From an uncultured Spirochaetota bacterium (GTDB lineage Bacteria > Spirochaetota > Spirochaetia > SZUA-6 > CAVTHK01), in NCBI GenBank assembly GCA_963734495.1, contig CAVTHK010000013.1:32001-96000 (forward strand): a stretch of 64,000 nucleotides of DNA. Reading direction: 5' to 3'. Position numbers and translations under genes: made by a program. Of the stretch, positions 20,655 to 30,467 are shown piece by piece. The notes beneath the pieces were generated by a model. That model was not told the DNA's origin. It saw nothing but the letters and a program-made list of their open reading frames with translations, and ran no database searches. Each line of letters begins with the position of its first letter. Positions within the stretch are counted from its first letter, which is position 1.

Positions 20655-21778
20655 CCCAGGCGCTTCCCGTAGATGCGCCAGGTCTTGTACGGCTTGATCG
20701 GCAGGTACGCGAGCGTCCCGTTCATCGGGTCGTTGTTCTCCACGATGAGCGACATCTCCATTTCGCGCGCGCCGATCTTGTAGGCGGCCTCGGCCACCGA
20801 CATGTAGAGCGCGATCTCGACCCCGCGGCCCCGGTACTCCTTGAGCACCCCCATGGCGAGCTGGCGCACCCTGTCGGTCTTCTTGATGCCTGCGTGAGCA
20901 GCTTGACGAAGCCGAACGGGAAGAGCCTGCCGTTGAGCTTCTTGACCGCGACGTTCGCGTCGTAGAGCGTGAGGGCCATGCCGATCGGCTTGCCTTCCTT
21001 CTCCACTATGAACGACGCTTCCTGAACGACCATGATCTTCAGCGCATCGATCATCCGCTCGAACTCGGCGCGTGTGAAAGGAACGTGGCCCCAGTTCGCG
21101 TCCCAGGCCGCGTTAAAGATGCCCAGCACGATCTCCGCTTCGCGGTGCAGCTTCGAGAGGTCGACGTTGCGGAAGGTGATGCCGGAGCGGGACAGGGCCC
21201 GCTCCTTGAGCCTGTGGATCCTGGGGTCGACGCGCTTGTAGCCGTCGACCAGGCCCCACCACCCCAGCCAGTCGACCGACTTGGCGTAGCCGGCGCCCTC
21301 GATGAGCGGGCCGTAGTAGCGCGGGTTGTGGACGCACATCACGTAGGGGTCGGTGTCGAAACCGTCGACGAGCGTGCCGACTTCGTCGTAGATCCCGAAG
21401 GAGAGCGGCCCCTCGCTCACCCTCTTGCCGCGGGCGCGCAGCCAGGCCTCGGCCGCGTCGAACAGGGCCGCGCGCGACCTCCGGGTCGTTCTCCGCCTCG
21501 AAGAACCCGAAGAAGCCCTTGCCGTCGTGGAAGCGCTCCTCGTGCAGCGGGTTGACGTGGGCGCTGATGCGGCCCACCGGGACCCCGTCGCGCCACGCCA
21601 TAAAGAGCTGCGCCTGGCCGTGCTTGTAGAAGACGCCCCGCTTCGGGTCGAGGAACTGCTTCTGGTCGGCGATGAGCGGAGGCACCCAGTGCGGGTCGTC
21701 GCGGTAGAGCCTCCACGGCATCTTGATGAACTGCGTGCGCTCGCGCGCCGTGTTCGCTTCCTTCACTTCAATGGCCGG
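20651..21778 (-). CDS. YghO-like N-acetyltransferase-fold protein, frameshifted
   Basis: FIKMPWRLYRDDPHWVPPL, GFFGFFE, HNPRYY, NWGHVPFT, LNGRLFPFG, YKTWRIY. Confidence 0.82.
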
Positions 21779-21824
21779 CATTTCTCCCCCCGTCGACTTC
21801 GAGTCTCGTCGCGTGCGTCCCGGT

Positions 21825-22925
21825 CTATCGCACGACGCGCGCGCCGGCGCCCTTGACCATCCTCTCGACTTCGTCGAGGGTGGCCATCGACGTGTCGCCG
21901 GGCGTGGTCATCGCGAGAGCCCCATGAGCCGCCCCGTAGTCCACGGCCTTCTGCGGGTCGCCGGTGGTGAGCATCGCGTACACGAGCCCGCTGGCAAAGC
22001 TGTCGCCGCCGCCGACCCGGTCGAGGATCTCGAGCCCCTGCCGCGTCGGCGCCTGGTAGAACTGGCCGTCGGCCCAGACGATGGCGCCCCAGTCGTTGAC
22101 GGTGGCGCTGCGCACGGTGCGCAGGGTGGTGGCGACCATGCGGAAGTTCGCGTACGTCCGCGTGGCCTCGGTGATCATCTTCTTGTAGCCCTTGACGTCG
22201 AGCTCCGAGAGGTTCGCGTCCGCGCCTTCGACCTTGAAGCCGAGCGCCGCGGTAAAGTCCTCCTCGTTGCCGAGCATCACGTCCACGTAGCTCGCGAGGC
22301 GGCGGTTGACCTCCTGCGCCTTGGCCGTTCCGCCGATGCCCTTCCACATCGAGGGCCTGAAGTTCAGGTCGTAGGAGATGATCGTGCCGTGCTTGCGCGC
22401 GGCCTGCATCGCCTCTTCGATGAGCCCGGCCGTCGTCTCGGAGAGTCCGGCAAAGATGCCGCCGGTGTGGAACCAGCGGACGCCGCGCCGGCCGAAGAGC
22501 TCCTCCCAGTCGACGTCGCCCTTCTTCATCTGGGAGGCGGCGGTGTTGCCGCGGTCGGAGACGCCGAGCGCCCCGCGGACGCCGAAGCCGCGCTCGGTAA
22601 AGTTCAGCCCGTTGCGGACGTTGCGGCCGATGCCGTCGTAGGGCACCCACTTGATGAAGCGGGTGTCGACCCCGCCCTGCATCATGAAGTCCTCGACCAG
22701 GTGGCCGACCGCGTTGTCGGCGAACGCCGTCACCGCGGCGGCGCGCATGCGGAAGCACTTGCGGATGGCGCGGCAGACGTTGTACTCGCCGCCGCCTTCC
22801 CACACCTTGAACTCGCGCGCGCAGTTGATCCGGCCCTCGCCGGGGTCCAGGCGCAGCATGATCTCGCCCAACGACACGCAGTCGTACTCGCAGGTATCGG
22901 CCGAACGGATCTCCAGCACTGCCAC
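21825..22925 (-). CDS. kdgK: PfkB sugar kinase, 2-dehydro-3-deoxygluconokinase-like
   Basis: LGEIMLRLDP, WEGGGEYNV, YDLNFRPSMW, DRVGGGDSF; AGGAGG RBS. Confidence 0.88.
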   Translation of the reverse strand: MAVLEIRSADTCEYDCVSLGEIMLRLDPGEGRINCAREFKVWEGGGEYNVCRAIRKCFRMRAAAVTAFADNAVGHLVEDFMMQGGVDTRFIKWVPYDGIGRNVRNGLNFTERGFGVRGALGVSDRGNTAASQMKKGDVDWEELFGRRGVRWFHTGGIFAGLSETTAGLIEEAMQAARKHGTIISYDLNFRPSMWKGIGGTAKAQEVNRRLASYVDVMLGNEEDFTAALGFKVEGADANLSELDVKGYKKMITEATRTYANFRMVATTLRTVRSATVNDWGAIVWADGQFYQAPTRQGLEILDRVGGGDSFASGLVYAMLTTGDPQKAVDYGAAHGALAMTTPGDTSMATLDEVERMVKGAGARVVR

Positions 22926-22940
22926 TTTGGTTCCTCCTAT

Positions 22941-23194
22941 GACTTCGCGTCTTCGCGAAGTCCCAAGTCCCCCGTACTCGGGGGGCCCTCTTCGCGTCTT
23001 CGTCAGGCCCTAAGTCCCTTGTACTCGGGGGACCCTCTTCGCGTGCTTCGTCAGGTCCCCAGTCCCCCGTACTCGGGGGACCCTCTTCGCGTCTTCGCGA
23101 AGTCCCAAGTCCCCTGTACTCGGGGGACCCTCCTGTGGTCTCGTAGACCCCCTGTCCTCGGGTGGGTTCGACAAGTCCCGTACTCGGGGGGCCC
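22941..23194. repeat. Tandem array of four 47-48 bp palindromic units plus degenerate remnants
   Basis: Units at 22943-22989, 22990-23036, 23037-23084 and 23085-23131, each with a GTCCCCCG-TACT-CGGGGGAC-type hairpin; remnants to about 23194. Confidence 0.95.
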
Positions 23195-23208
23195 GCCAAA
23201 CCGGCGGT

Positions 23209-23238
23209 ATTATCGAGGCAGAGGCGCGGAGCGGTCAA
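23209..23238 (-). promoter_or_regulatory. Putative sigma70 promoter of kdgK
   Basis: Minus strand TTGACC (23233-23238), 18 nt, GATAAT (23209-23214). Confidence 0.55.
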
Positions 23239-23417
23239 GCATCGGGGAAGCCGGCTGGAGTCAGCGGCCGCAGCCGGTCGCGGTCCAGCCGCGCCCACCG
23301 CGAGCTCTGGCCCTGACTGCCGCGGCCGTCGCGGCTCGCGCTAAGCGCCGGCGCCGGGCGTGTGCCGCGGCTATCCCCGCAGGCGGCGGCGAGCAGCGTC
23401 GCGGCATACCCAGACGC

Positions 23418-23446
23418 TTGCACTTGCACCCAGACAACGCTATTTT
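23418..23446 (+). promoter_or_regulatory. Putative leaderless promoter of vapBC
   Basis: TTGCAC, 17 nt, TATTTT, 6 nt, ATG 23453; no SD sequence. Confidence 0.6.
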
Positions 23447-23452
23447 AGAAGT

Positions 23453-23671
23453 ATGAAGACGACGGTTGATATTCCGGCGAAGGAGCTTCAGGATGCCATG
23501 CGCTTCCTCGGCGCGAAGACCAAGCGCGAGGCGGTCGTGACGGCCCTGCGCGAGTTCAACCGCCGCCGCCGGATGGCGAGACTGGTCAGGTTCTCGAACA
23601 CGCTGCAATTCGACACGAACGACCAGATCGAGGAACGCGAGGCCGCCGAAGGACGGGGCGGCGGGGCGTGA
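23453..23671 (+). CDS. vapB: VapB-family antitoxin
   Basis: MKTTVDIP...AKTKREAVVTALREF; stop overlaps the start of the PIN gene (GTGA). Confidence 0.88.
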   Translation: MKTTVDIPAKELQDAMRFLGAKTKREAVVTALREFNRRRRMARLVRFSNTLQFDTNDQIEEREAAEGRGGGA

Positions 23672-24045
23672 AGCTCATCGATACCTCGTCCTGGATCGAG
23701 CAGCTGCGCCGCGGCGGCGATCCCGACGTGCGCGCACGCGTCGAGGCCCTGCTCGTCGCGGGCGAGGCCGCCTGGTGCCCCATGGTGCGCCTCGAGCTGT
23801 GGAACGGCGCCCGCGGCGGGCGCGAGCGGTCCGCACTGACCGCGATCGAGAAGGAGATCGTCTCGCTGGAAATCGGACCGGAGGCGTGGCACGCCGCCGA
23901 AGCTCTGGCCCGCTCCGCCCGGGCCCGCGGCGTCACGATACCGGCAACTGACCTGTTGGTCGCGGCTTGCGCGCGGCATCACGGCGTCGCCGTCGAGCAC
24001 AACGACGCCCACTTCGCTCAGATCGCTTCGCTTTCCGCCGAGTGA
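23668..24045 (+). CDS. vapC: VapC PIN-domain toxin
   Basis: LIDTSSWI, VRLELWNG, DLLVAACA, HNDAHF acidic PIN motifs. Confidence 0.9.
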   Translation: MKLIDTSSWIEQLRRGGDPDVRARVEALLVAGEAAWCPMVRLELWNGARGGRERSALTAIEKEIVSLEIGPEAWHAAEALARSARARGVTIPATDLLVAACARHHGVAVEHNDAHFAQIASLSAE

Positions 24046-24088
24046 GCGAACGCCGCGGGCGCCCGGCCGCCGCGGACAGGAGGGGACC

Positions 24089-25066
24089 ATGCGTTTTGTC
24101 GTATACGGCGCGGGCGCGATCGGGGGAACGATCGGCGCCCGGCTCTTCCAGCACGGCTACGAAGTCGTGCTGATCGCCCGCGGCGCGCACTTGGAGGCGA
24201 TCAGGCGGCAAGGCCTCACGTTCAAGAGCCCGGCCGAGACGGTGACGCTGCCGATGGCCTGCGTGGGGCACCCGTCGGAGATCCGCTTCCAGGCCGGCGA
24301 CCTCGTGCTGATGACGATGAAAGCCCAGCACTCCGAGGACGCCCTGAGGACGCTCAGGGACACCGCGGGGCAGGGCGTTCCCGTCGTCTGCGCGCAGAAC
24401 GGCGTCGCCAACGAGCCGATGGCGCTGCGCCTGTTCGAGCGCGTCTACGGCATGTGCGTCTACATACCCGCCACCCACCTCGTGCCCGGCGTCGTGCAGA
24501 CCGAGGCGAAGACGACGACGGGCATCCTCGACGTCGGCCGTTATCCCTCCGGCACCGACGAAACGGCCGGCCTGCTCGCCGGCGCGCTCTCGCAGTCCGG
24601 TTTCTCGTGCCGTGCGGTCTCGGACGTGATGCGCTGGAAATACGAGAAGCTGCTGGGCAATCTGCGCAACGCGCTCGGCGTGCTCTGCAGCGAAAAGGCG
24701 CAGGCCGTGGCCGCGATGGCGACCCGCGAGGCGCTGGACTGCTATGCGGCGGCCGGGATCGAGTGGGCGTCAAAGGAGGAGGTCGCCGAGCGACATGGCC
24801 AGCTCCTCGAGGTCGTTGACGTCGACGGCAAGCCGAGGCCCGGGAGCTCGTCATGGCAGAGCATCGCGCGCGGCACAGGCTCGATCGAGACCGATTACCT
24901 GAACGGCGAGATCGTGCTGATGGGCAGGCAGCACGGCGTACCCACCCCGGCCAACGAGGTGCTGCAGACGCTGGCCGGCCGCATGGCCAGGGAGGGCGGT
25001 TCCCCCGGCCGCTACTCCGCCCGCGAGCTGGAAGCATCGATCGTCGAGGCGGGCGGGCGATTCTGA
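24089..25066 (+). CDS. Ketopantoate reductase family (ApbA/PanE-like)
   Basis: YGAGAIGG, CAQNGV, KLLGNL, SSWQS, ETDYLNGEI. Confidence 0.88.
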   Translation: MRFVVYGAGAIGGTIGARLFQHGYEVVLIARGAHLEAIRRQGLTFKSPAETVTLPMACVGHPSEIRFQAGDLVLMTMKAQHSEDALRTLRDTAGQGVPVVCAQNGVANEPMALRLFERVYGMCVYIPATHLVPGVVQTEAKTTTGILDVGRYPSGTDETAGLLAGALSQSGFSCRAVSDVMRWKYEKLLGNLRNALGVLCSEKAQAVAAMATREALDCYAAAGIEWASKEEVAERHGQLLEVVDVDGKPRPGSSSWQSIARGTGSIETDYLNGEIVLMGRQHGVPTPANEVLQTLAGRMAREGGSPGRYSARELEASIVEAGGRF

Positions 25067-25118
25067 GGGCGATTCCGAGTGGCCGCCGCGAGGTGCCCTT
25101 CTTACATTGACGTCGCCG

Positions 25119-26108
25119 ATGGCCATCACGATCCGTGAGCTCGAGACCTGGGACGAAGCGGCCCCGTACTGGCGCGAGCTCGAGCGCGGCTATCGCGGCG
25201 GCGAGCTCACCTTCGACCTCGAGGCGCACAGGATCGTGTGGGAAGGCTTCTACCGCGCGCGCGGCGCGCTCCTCCGGATCTTCGTGGCGCTCGACGGAGC
25301 GGCGATGCGTCGGGGTCTTCCCGCTGCTGCACACAAGCGAGGACGGCGAGGGGTCCTGGACCTTCACCGACGACTTCATCATCGCCCGCGAGTACTTCTG
25401 CCCGCCCGCAGCGCATCCACGAGGTTCTCCCGCTGCTGCCCCCCACCTCGCCGACGACCTGAGCTGCTTTTACGTGCCCGAGGTCACGGCGGGCTTCGTC
25501 CGCGTGCCCGGCGGCGGTCATCGACCTGCGCGAGAGCCGGGACGCATACCTCGCGACGCTCTCCAAGAAGCCGCGGCAGCAGCTGCGCCGCGCGTGGGAG
25601 GCGAACGCCGACCTCCGCGTCGAGGAGGACGCGCGGGTGCGGCGCGAGGAGATCGGGCCGTTGGTGAGGAAGTACCTGGACTACTGGAAGATGAAGGTCG
25701 ACGGCGCGCCCGAACGCGTCGCCTACAGCCGCGACAAGGTCGCGACCGACCTCGCGCTCATGGAGCGGGCGGCCGCGCTCGGCAAGCTCGTGGCGCTCTA
25801 CTTCGACCTCGACGGCGCCCTCGTCGCCGCCAACTTCGCGGCGCTGCGCGACCGCGACCGCGTCGACGACTACCTCTGCCTGCGCGACGCAGGCCCCGAG
25901 CTGGCGCAGCGCGGCCTCGGCATCTACGCGGTGCTGAGGAACATGGAGAGCCTGCCGCGCCGGGGCGTGCGCCGCTACGACCTGAGCGCGTGGATCACGG
26001 ATTACAAGAGGAAGTTCCTGAACGCCGAAGCGCTTCTTCTACGCCTGGGGCGAGGGACCGCCCTGGCGGGCGGCAAAGGCGCGGCGAGGAATCAAAGGCG
26101 GGCGAAGC
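25119..26108 (+). CDS. CelD/BcsL-like GNAT-domain protein, multiple frameshifts, 3' end uncertain
   Basis: Stitched ...VGVFPLL...IDLRESRDAYLATLSKKPRQQLRR...GALVAANF...GLGIYAVL...RYDLSAWITDYKRKF. Confidence 0.65.
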
Positions 26109-26541
26109 ATGGGCGACGTCGTCATCAGGGAAGTGACCGGCCTCGAGGACGTGCGGCAGCTCGTGCGCCTCTACGGCCGGGTCTGGCCCGGCTCGTTCGG
26201 CATCGTCGACCTGCTCGCCTCCGACGCCGACTGCCTGCTGCTCACCGAGGGCGGCACGGCAGATCGCGGCGTACGCCTTTGTCGAGCCGGACGCGGCGCG
26301 GGCCTTCGCGGAGCTGCAGGACATCGGCGTCGACCCCGACGTGCAGCGGCCGCGGCCTGGGGCGGCGCGCTGCTCGCCGAGGTCCAGCGAGCGCTACCCC
26401 GCGCTCAAGCTGATCGCCGACGCGACGAAGCCCGCGCTGCTGCGCTTCTACGAGCGCGCGGGCTTCGCGACCGAGAGCGTCGTGGAGAACTACTACGCCG
26501 TCGGCCGCGACGGCGTGCGGATGAGCTGGCGGCGCGCGTAG
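26109..26541 (+). CDS. RimI-like GNAT acetyltransferase, frameshifted
   Basis: LQDIGVDPDVQ(R)RGLG...LLRFYERAGF...VENYYAVGRDGVRM. Confidence 0.75.
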
Positions 26542-27923
26542 GCGTGCTGCGCGACGAGCCGCAGCAGGGGCACGCGCAGCGGCCGCGGCAGCAGGTCCCG
26601 CGGCGAGCGGTCGGGGTCCCAGCGGAGGGCGAGCAGGCCGCGGCGCGCCGCGGCGTCGCGCGGGTCCTCGGCGAGCCGGCGCAGCAGGCGCACGTCCGCG
26701 GCCTCCTGCGCGAGCGCCGCCTGCGGCAGCGCCGCGAGGCAGGCCGCGATCTGCGCGTCCGTGTAGCCGCAGCGGCGCGGGTCCGCGCCCAGGGCCGCGA
26801 GCATGCCGACGATGCGGCGGCACTTCTCGCAGCGGCCGCAGGGCCGCACGCGGCCGCCCTCGATGTGCGCCGCGTGGCAGGAGACCTGCTCGCGCTGAAG
26901 GTCCGGGTAGCGCTCGACCAGGACCTTCTGCGACCAGCAGCTCGCTCAGGGGCCGCAGCAGCGACAGCTGCTCGAGGGCCCAGCCCTTCGCGCGGTAGTA
27001 CTCCGTGAGCCGGCGGTCGAAGAAGAGGCTCTGGTCGTACAGCCCGTCGTAGTGCGGGATCCCGTCGTGCTCGACGCGCCCGCGTCGTGTCGTGCTCGCA
27101 GCCGATGACGACGCGGCCGAGGCCGCGCTTGCGCACGAGCGGCAGCACGCCGAAGAGGAAGACCGCGACGGTCCAGAGCCGGATCGGGTAGTCGTCGCTG
27201 CGCACGCGGGCGAAGTCGGGCCGCACGAAGGGCAGGCGGCGCAGCATCCAGCCGAACAGCGCGGTCCGCGTTCGTCCACACGCGCGCGGTGGCCGGCCGC
27301 GTCGCGCGCAGGTGCCTGTAGGCGTTCAGCGCCGTGTACCAGTGGCGGCCCGACTCGTTGACGAAGATCGGGTGCGCCGGCTTGCCCAGCTCCTCCAGCA
27401 GCCCGAGGCTCAGGAGGCTCTCCTTGCCGCCGCTCGAGAGCACGGCGTAGGAGTCGGCGGGGCGGCCGCCGGGGCGTCGCACGGGCTCCGCGGCGGCCCC
27501 GTCGAAGCGCAGCTCCGCCCGGCAGTAGCGCTCGCGCGGCCCGGGCTCGAGCCGCGCGGCCGGGCCGACCAGGAACGGGTTCGGCTTGAGCAGCTTGTTG
27601 ACGTAGATCTCGCGCGCCGTGTTCTCCGCCATCTCGTCGAGGAAGCGCGCGGTCGACTGCGTCGAAATCGCCGTGGAAGACGATGCGTCCGGCAGAAGAG
27701 GCCGTAGTTCAGCGCGACCTGGGCGCCGATGAGCGCGGCGAGGTTGAGCGAGGCGCGGTCGCCCGGATCGAAGACCGGCTCCTCGTACGCGTAGACGAGC
27801 TCCGTCTCGCCGCCCGCGCCGCCCGACGACGCGGTACGGGCAGACGACGCGGCGCGGCTCGACGCGGACGGGGCCGACTTCGAGCGTGTCGAAGGCGAGC
27901 AGGGGATCAGCGGGCGAGCGCAT
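26493..27923 (-). CDS. Large PP-loop ATP-pyrophosphatase with Zn-type Cys cluster (QueC/MurL-like), multiple frameshifts
   Basis: AVLSSGGKESLL, FVNESGRHW, YDQS, SCHAAH...PCGRCEKC. Confidence 0.7.
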
Positions 27924-29044
27924 GGACGCGGGCCGCGGGGGGCACGCGCGGCGAGCAGCGGCAACGAGCGACTCGCAGCCCGTCGTGCAGCGGGTCCAGG
28001 ACGGGCAGGCCGGTCTCCGAGGCGAGCCTCGCGCACGACCTCGGGGATCTCGTCGGGCGCGAGGCCCTCGTGGTTCAGCGTGATCGCGACGACCGGCCGG
28101 TCGCTCACCAGCTCGATCGCGCGGATCTGGCGCTCGAGCGGGTGCAGCGGGTAGCCGGGGAAGCCGTCGTAGTCGCGGCGCGCGGGCGCGTGCTGCAGGA
28201 TCACGGCGTGAGGCCGGCCCGCGGCCAGGAGCTCGAAGCCGCCGGGGTACGCCGGGTTCATCAGGCTCCCCTGCCCTTCGAGCACGAGCGCGTCGGCGCC
28301 GGTCTCCTTCCACGCGCTCCAGACCGCGTGCTCGATCTCGCCGGCGACGAAGTCGTTGATGAGCGAGTCGAGGATGATGGAGTAGCGCGCGCCCTGAAGC
28401 CACGCGGTCTGCCCCGTGCCGATGAGCTGGGCGCCCCACCCCTCGGCCTCGAACGCCTCGACCAGCTTCCACGCGGTCGTCCGCTTGCCCACGGCCGAGT
28501 CGGTGCCGAGCACGGCTACGCGCAGCGCGGTCACCTCTTCGATCGCGCCGGTAAAGGCGTGAAGCTCGCCGCGCCCGGGGGTGCGGCGCACGTCGCGGAT
28601 CGCGAGCCCGCGCGCGGCCGCGAGGGCCGCGAGCTCCGGGTCGTCGCGCGAGAAAGTCGTGGAGCCCGCTGTCGACGTTGAGGCCCGCCTCGAGGGCGGC
28701 GCGCGCGGCCTCGCGCGCCGCGGCGAGGCAGCCGCCCGCCGTCGGTGGCGAGGCCGATCACGAAGTGCGTCGCGGGGCGGCCCTCGGCGGCCGCGGCGCG
28801 GACCGCGTCCGCGAGCGATGCGCGCACCGGGATGCCGGCGGGCCGGCCGTCGAGCAGCTCGCCGGCGTCCGCGCCGGCGCACGCGGAGTCGACGATCGAG
28901 AGCACCTCGTAGCGGCGGCTCCTGCCGCACGAGCCCGTGCGCGGTCTTGCCGTAGGTGGTGGAGAAGGCGCCTTCGCAGTAGACGATCGCGCGGCCCTCG
29001 GGAAAAGCCGCGCCCGCCTGCGGGCGCGGCGGCGGCCTCTTCAT
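27907..29044 (-). CDS. DUF1611 domain protein (DgcN-like P-loop / N-acetyltransferase), frameshifted
   Basis: GKTAHGLVR, SGLHDF, GTDSAVGKRTT, GTGQT, EGQGSL. Confidence 0.88.
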
Positions 29045-30136
29045 TTATGACCTTCTTCCCGTGAGGACGACCACGTAGCGGTCCTTGGGCAGGGGCTCGC
29101 GCCGATGGCGCTCCAGGAGCGCCGCGAGCCCGGCGGTCGAGGCGGGCAGGACGTGCAGGCCTTCGCGCTCGCGCAGGAACCGGGAGTAGGCGATCATCGT
29201 GCGGTCGGTGGCGTTGCCGGCCCAGCCCCCGGTCGCGCGGACCGCGGCGAGGGCATGCTCGCCGTCGCTCGCGTGCCAGTTGATGAGCGGCTCGTTGACC
29301 GCGGACTCGTGGATGGCGTCGGGCCTGAGGTCCTCGCAGCTCAGCAGGTTCTTGAGCGCGGCCTGCACGATGGGGTTCTTCGCCACGGAGGAGCCGGCCA
29401 CCATGCGCGGCAGGCGCGAGGTGCGGCCGCGGCGGAAGAGGCTCGCGAAGCCCCAGTAGATGCCGGCGAGCGTCGTCCCGTTGGACACGGGCACGGCGAC
29501 GGCCGCCGGCGCGTCGCGGAGCTCGTCGTAGATCTCGTGCGCGATCTGGCCGTAGGCGCGGAGCTGGATCGCGGTGTTCGCGCCTCCGGGGTTCGCGTCG
29601 TAGAGCTCGTGCTCAGCCGCGGTCCGCCGCGAGATCTCGACCGCGGTCTCGTAGTCGCCAGGCACGAGCACGACCTCGGCGTCGAGCTCGCGGATCTCCT
29701 TGAGGCGGTGGCCGTGATAGCTCTCGGGCACGTAGGCGACGCAGCGCAGCCCGGCGAGGGCCGCGGCCGAAGCCATCGCGACGCCATAGTTGCCGCAGGT
29801 CGCGAGCGTCACCGCGTCGTAGCCGCGGCGCAGCGCGTCCATCACCTGCACGCCGGCGATGCGGTCCTTCTGCGTGCCGGTCGGGTTGCCGCCTTCGAAC
29901 TTGAGATAGACCTGGCTCAGCCCGAACGCGCGCTCGAAGCTGCGGGCGCGCGTGAGGCCGGTGTCGCCGATCTCGGAGTCGAAGATGCTCTCGAACGCCT
30001 CGAGCCTCTGCTCGAGCGAGAGCGCGGCGTCGGGGGCGGGGCGCAGGACGCGGGTGAGGCCTGAGGCCTCGCCGGTACTGAGGGGATCCTCGGCTGCTGA
30101 TTGCGTGGCTTCTTCGGTTGCCTGTATGGCGAGCAT
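29045..30136 (-). CDS. PLP-dependent fold-type II enzyme (threonine synthase-like)
   Basis: LKFEGGNPTGTQKDR, TCGNYG, VPVSNGTTLAG, VVVLTGR. Confidence 0.88.
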   Translation of the reverse strand: MLAIQATEEATQSAAEDPLSTGEASGLTRVLRPAPDAALSLEQRLEAFESIFDSEIGDTGLTRARSFERAFGLSQVYLKFEGGNPTGTQKDRIAGVQVMDALRRGYDAVTLATCGNYGVAMASAAALAGLRCVAYVPESYHGHRLKEIRELDAEVVLVPGDYETAVEISRRTAAEHELYDANPGGANTAIQLRAYGQIAHEIYDELRDAPAAVAVPVSNGTTLAGIYWGFASLFRRGRTSRLPRMVAGSSVAKNPIVQAALKNLLSCEDLRPDAIHESAVNEPLINWHASDGEHALAAVRATGGWAGNATDRTMIAYSRFLREREGLHVLPASTAGLAALLERHRREPLPKDRYVVVLTGRRS

Positions 30137-30281
30137 GTTTCCTCCTGGAACTGTCGGCCCTGGCGATGCTTGTGAGGGAACACGCGTGACGTTTAGGTGG
30201 GCTGGCGCACTGGGATCAACGGTACGTTCGACTCGTCAGAGGGAACCATCTCCCCTCCCATAAAGCTGAGTATCGGGATAA

Positions 30282-30310
30282 AGAATAACGCACCTGCGCC
30301 GGATATGCAA
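30282..30310 (-). promoter_or_regulatory. Putative sigma70 promoter of the PLP/DUF1611/PP-loop operon
   Basis: Minus strand TTGCAT (30305-30310), 17 nt, TATTCT (30282-30287); implies a leader of about 140 nt. Confidence 0.6.
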
Positions 30311-30324
30311 GCGCCAGGCGCTTT

Positions 30325-30402
30325 GGCCCGGCGTACTCGCCGGGGAGGGCGCGGGCCCCCGAAGGCCCGGCGTACTCGCCGGGGTGCGCAGCCATGGATG
30401 GC
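30325..30402. repeat. Duplicated 21-bp hairpin plus GCCATGGATGGC hairpin
   Basis: GGCCCGGCGTACTCGCCGGGG at 30325-30345 and 30364-30384; GCC-ATGGAT-GGC at 30391-30402. Confidence 0.85.
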
Positions 30403-30467
30403 GTAGGCGCCGGGCAAGGGGAAGAAGGCCGCCGCCCGTCCGCCTCCGCCGCGGCCGCAGGTCGGTC

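Noticed and set aside
22941-23194. CRISPR array
   Set aside because: The palindromic repeat looks superficially CRISPR-like, but the intervening sequences are only about 16 bp and homologous to each other, and no cas genes are in the window.
27900-28000. DUF1611-PP-loop translational fusion
   Set aside because: One frame reads through, but an alternative stop at 27907 overlapping the ATG at 27923 is equally plausible; this cannot be decided without polished reads.
30225-30265. Fluoride riboswitch (GGAGATGG...TCCC)
   Set aside because: The downstream conserved GCTRATGAC-type pseudoknot segment is not evident and the downstream genes are not fluoride-related.
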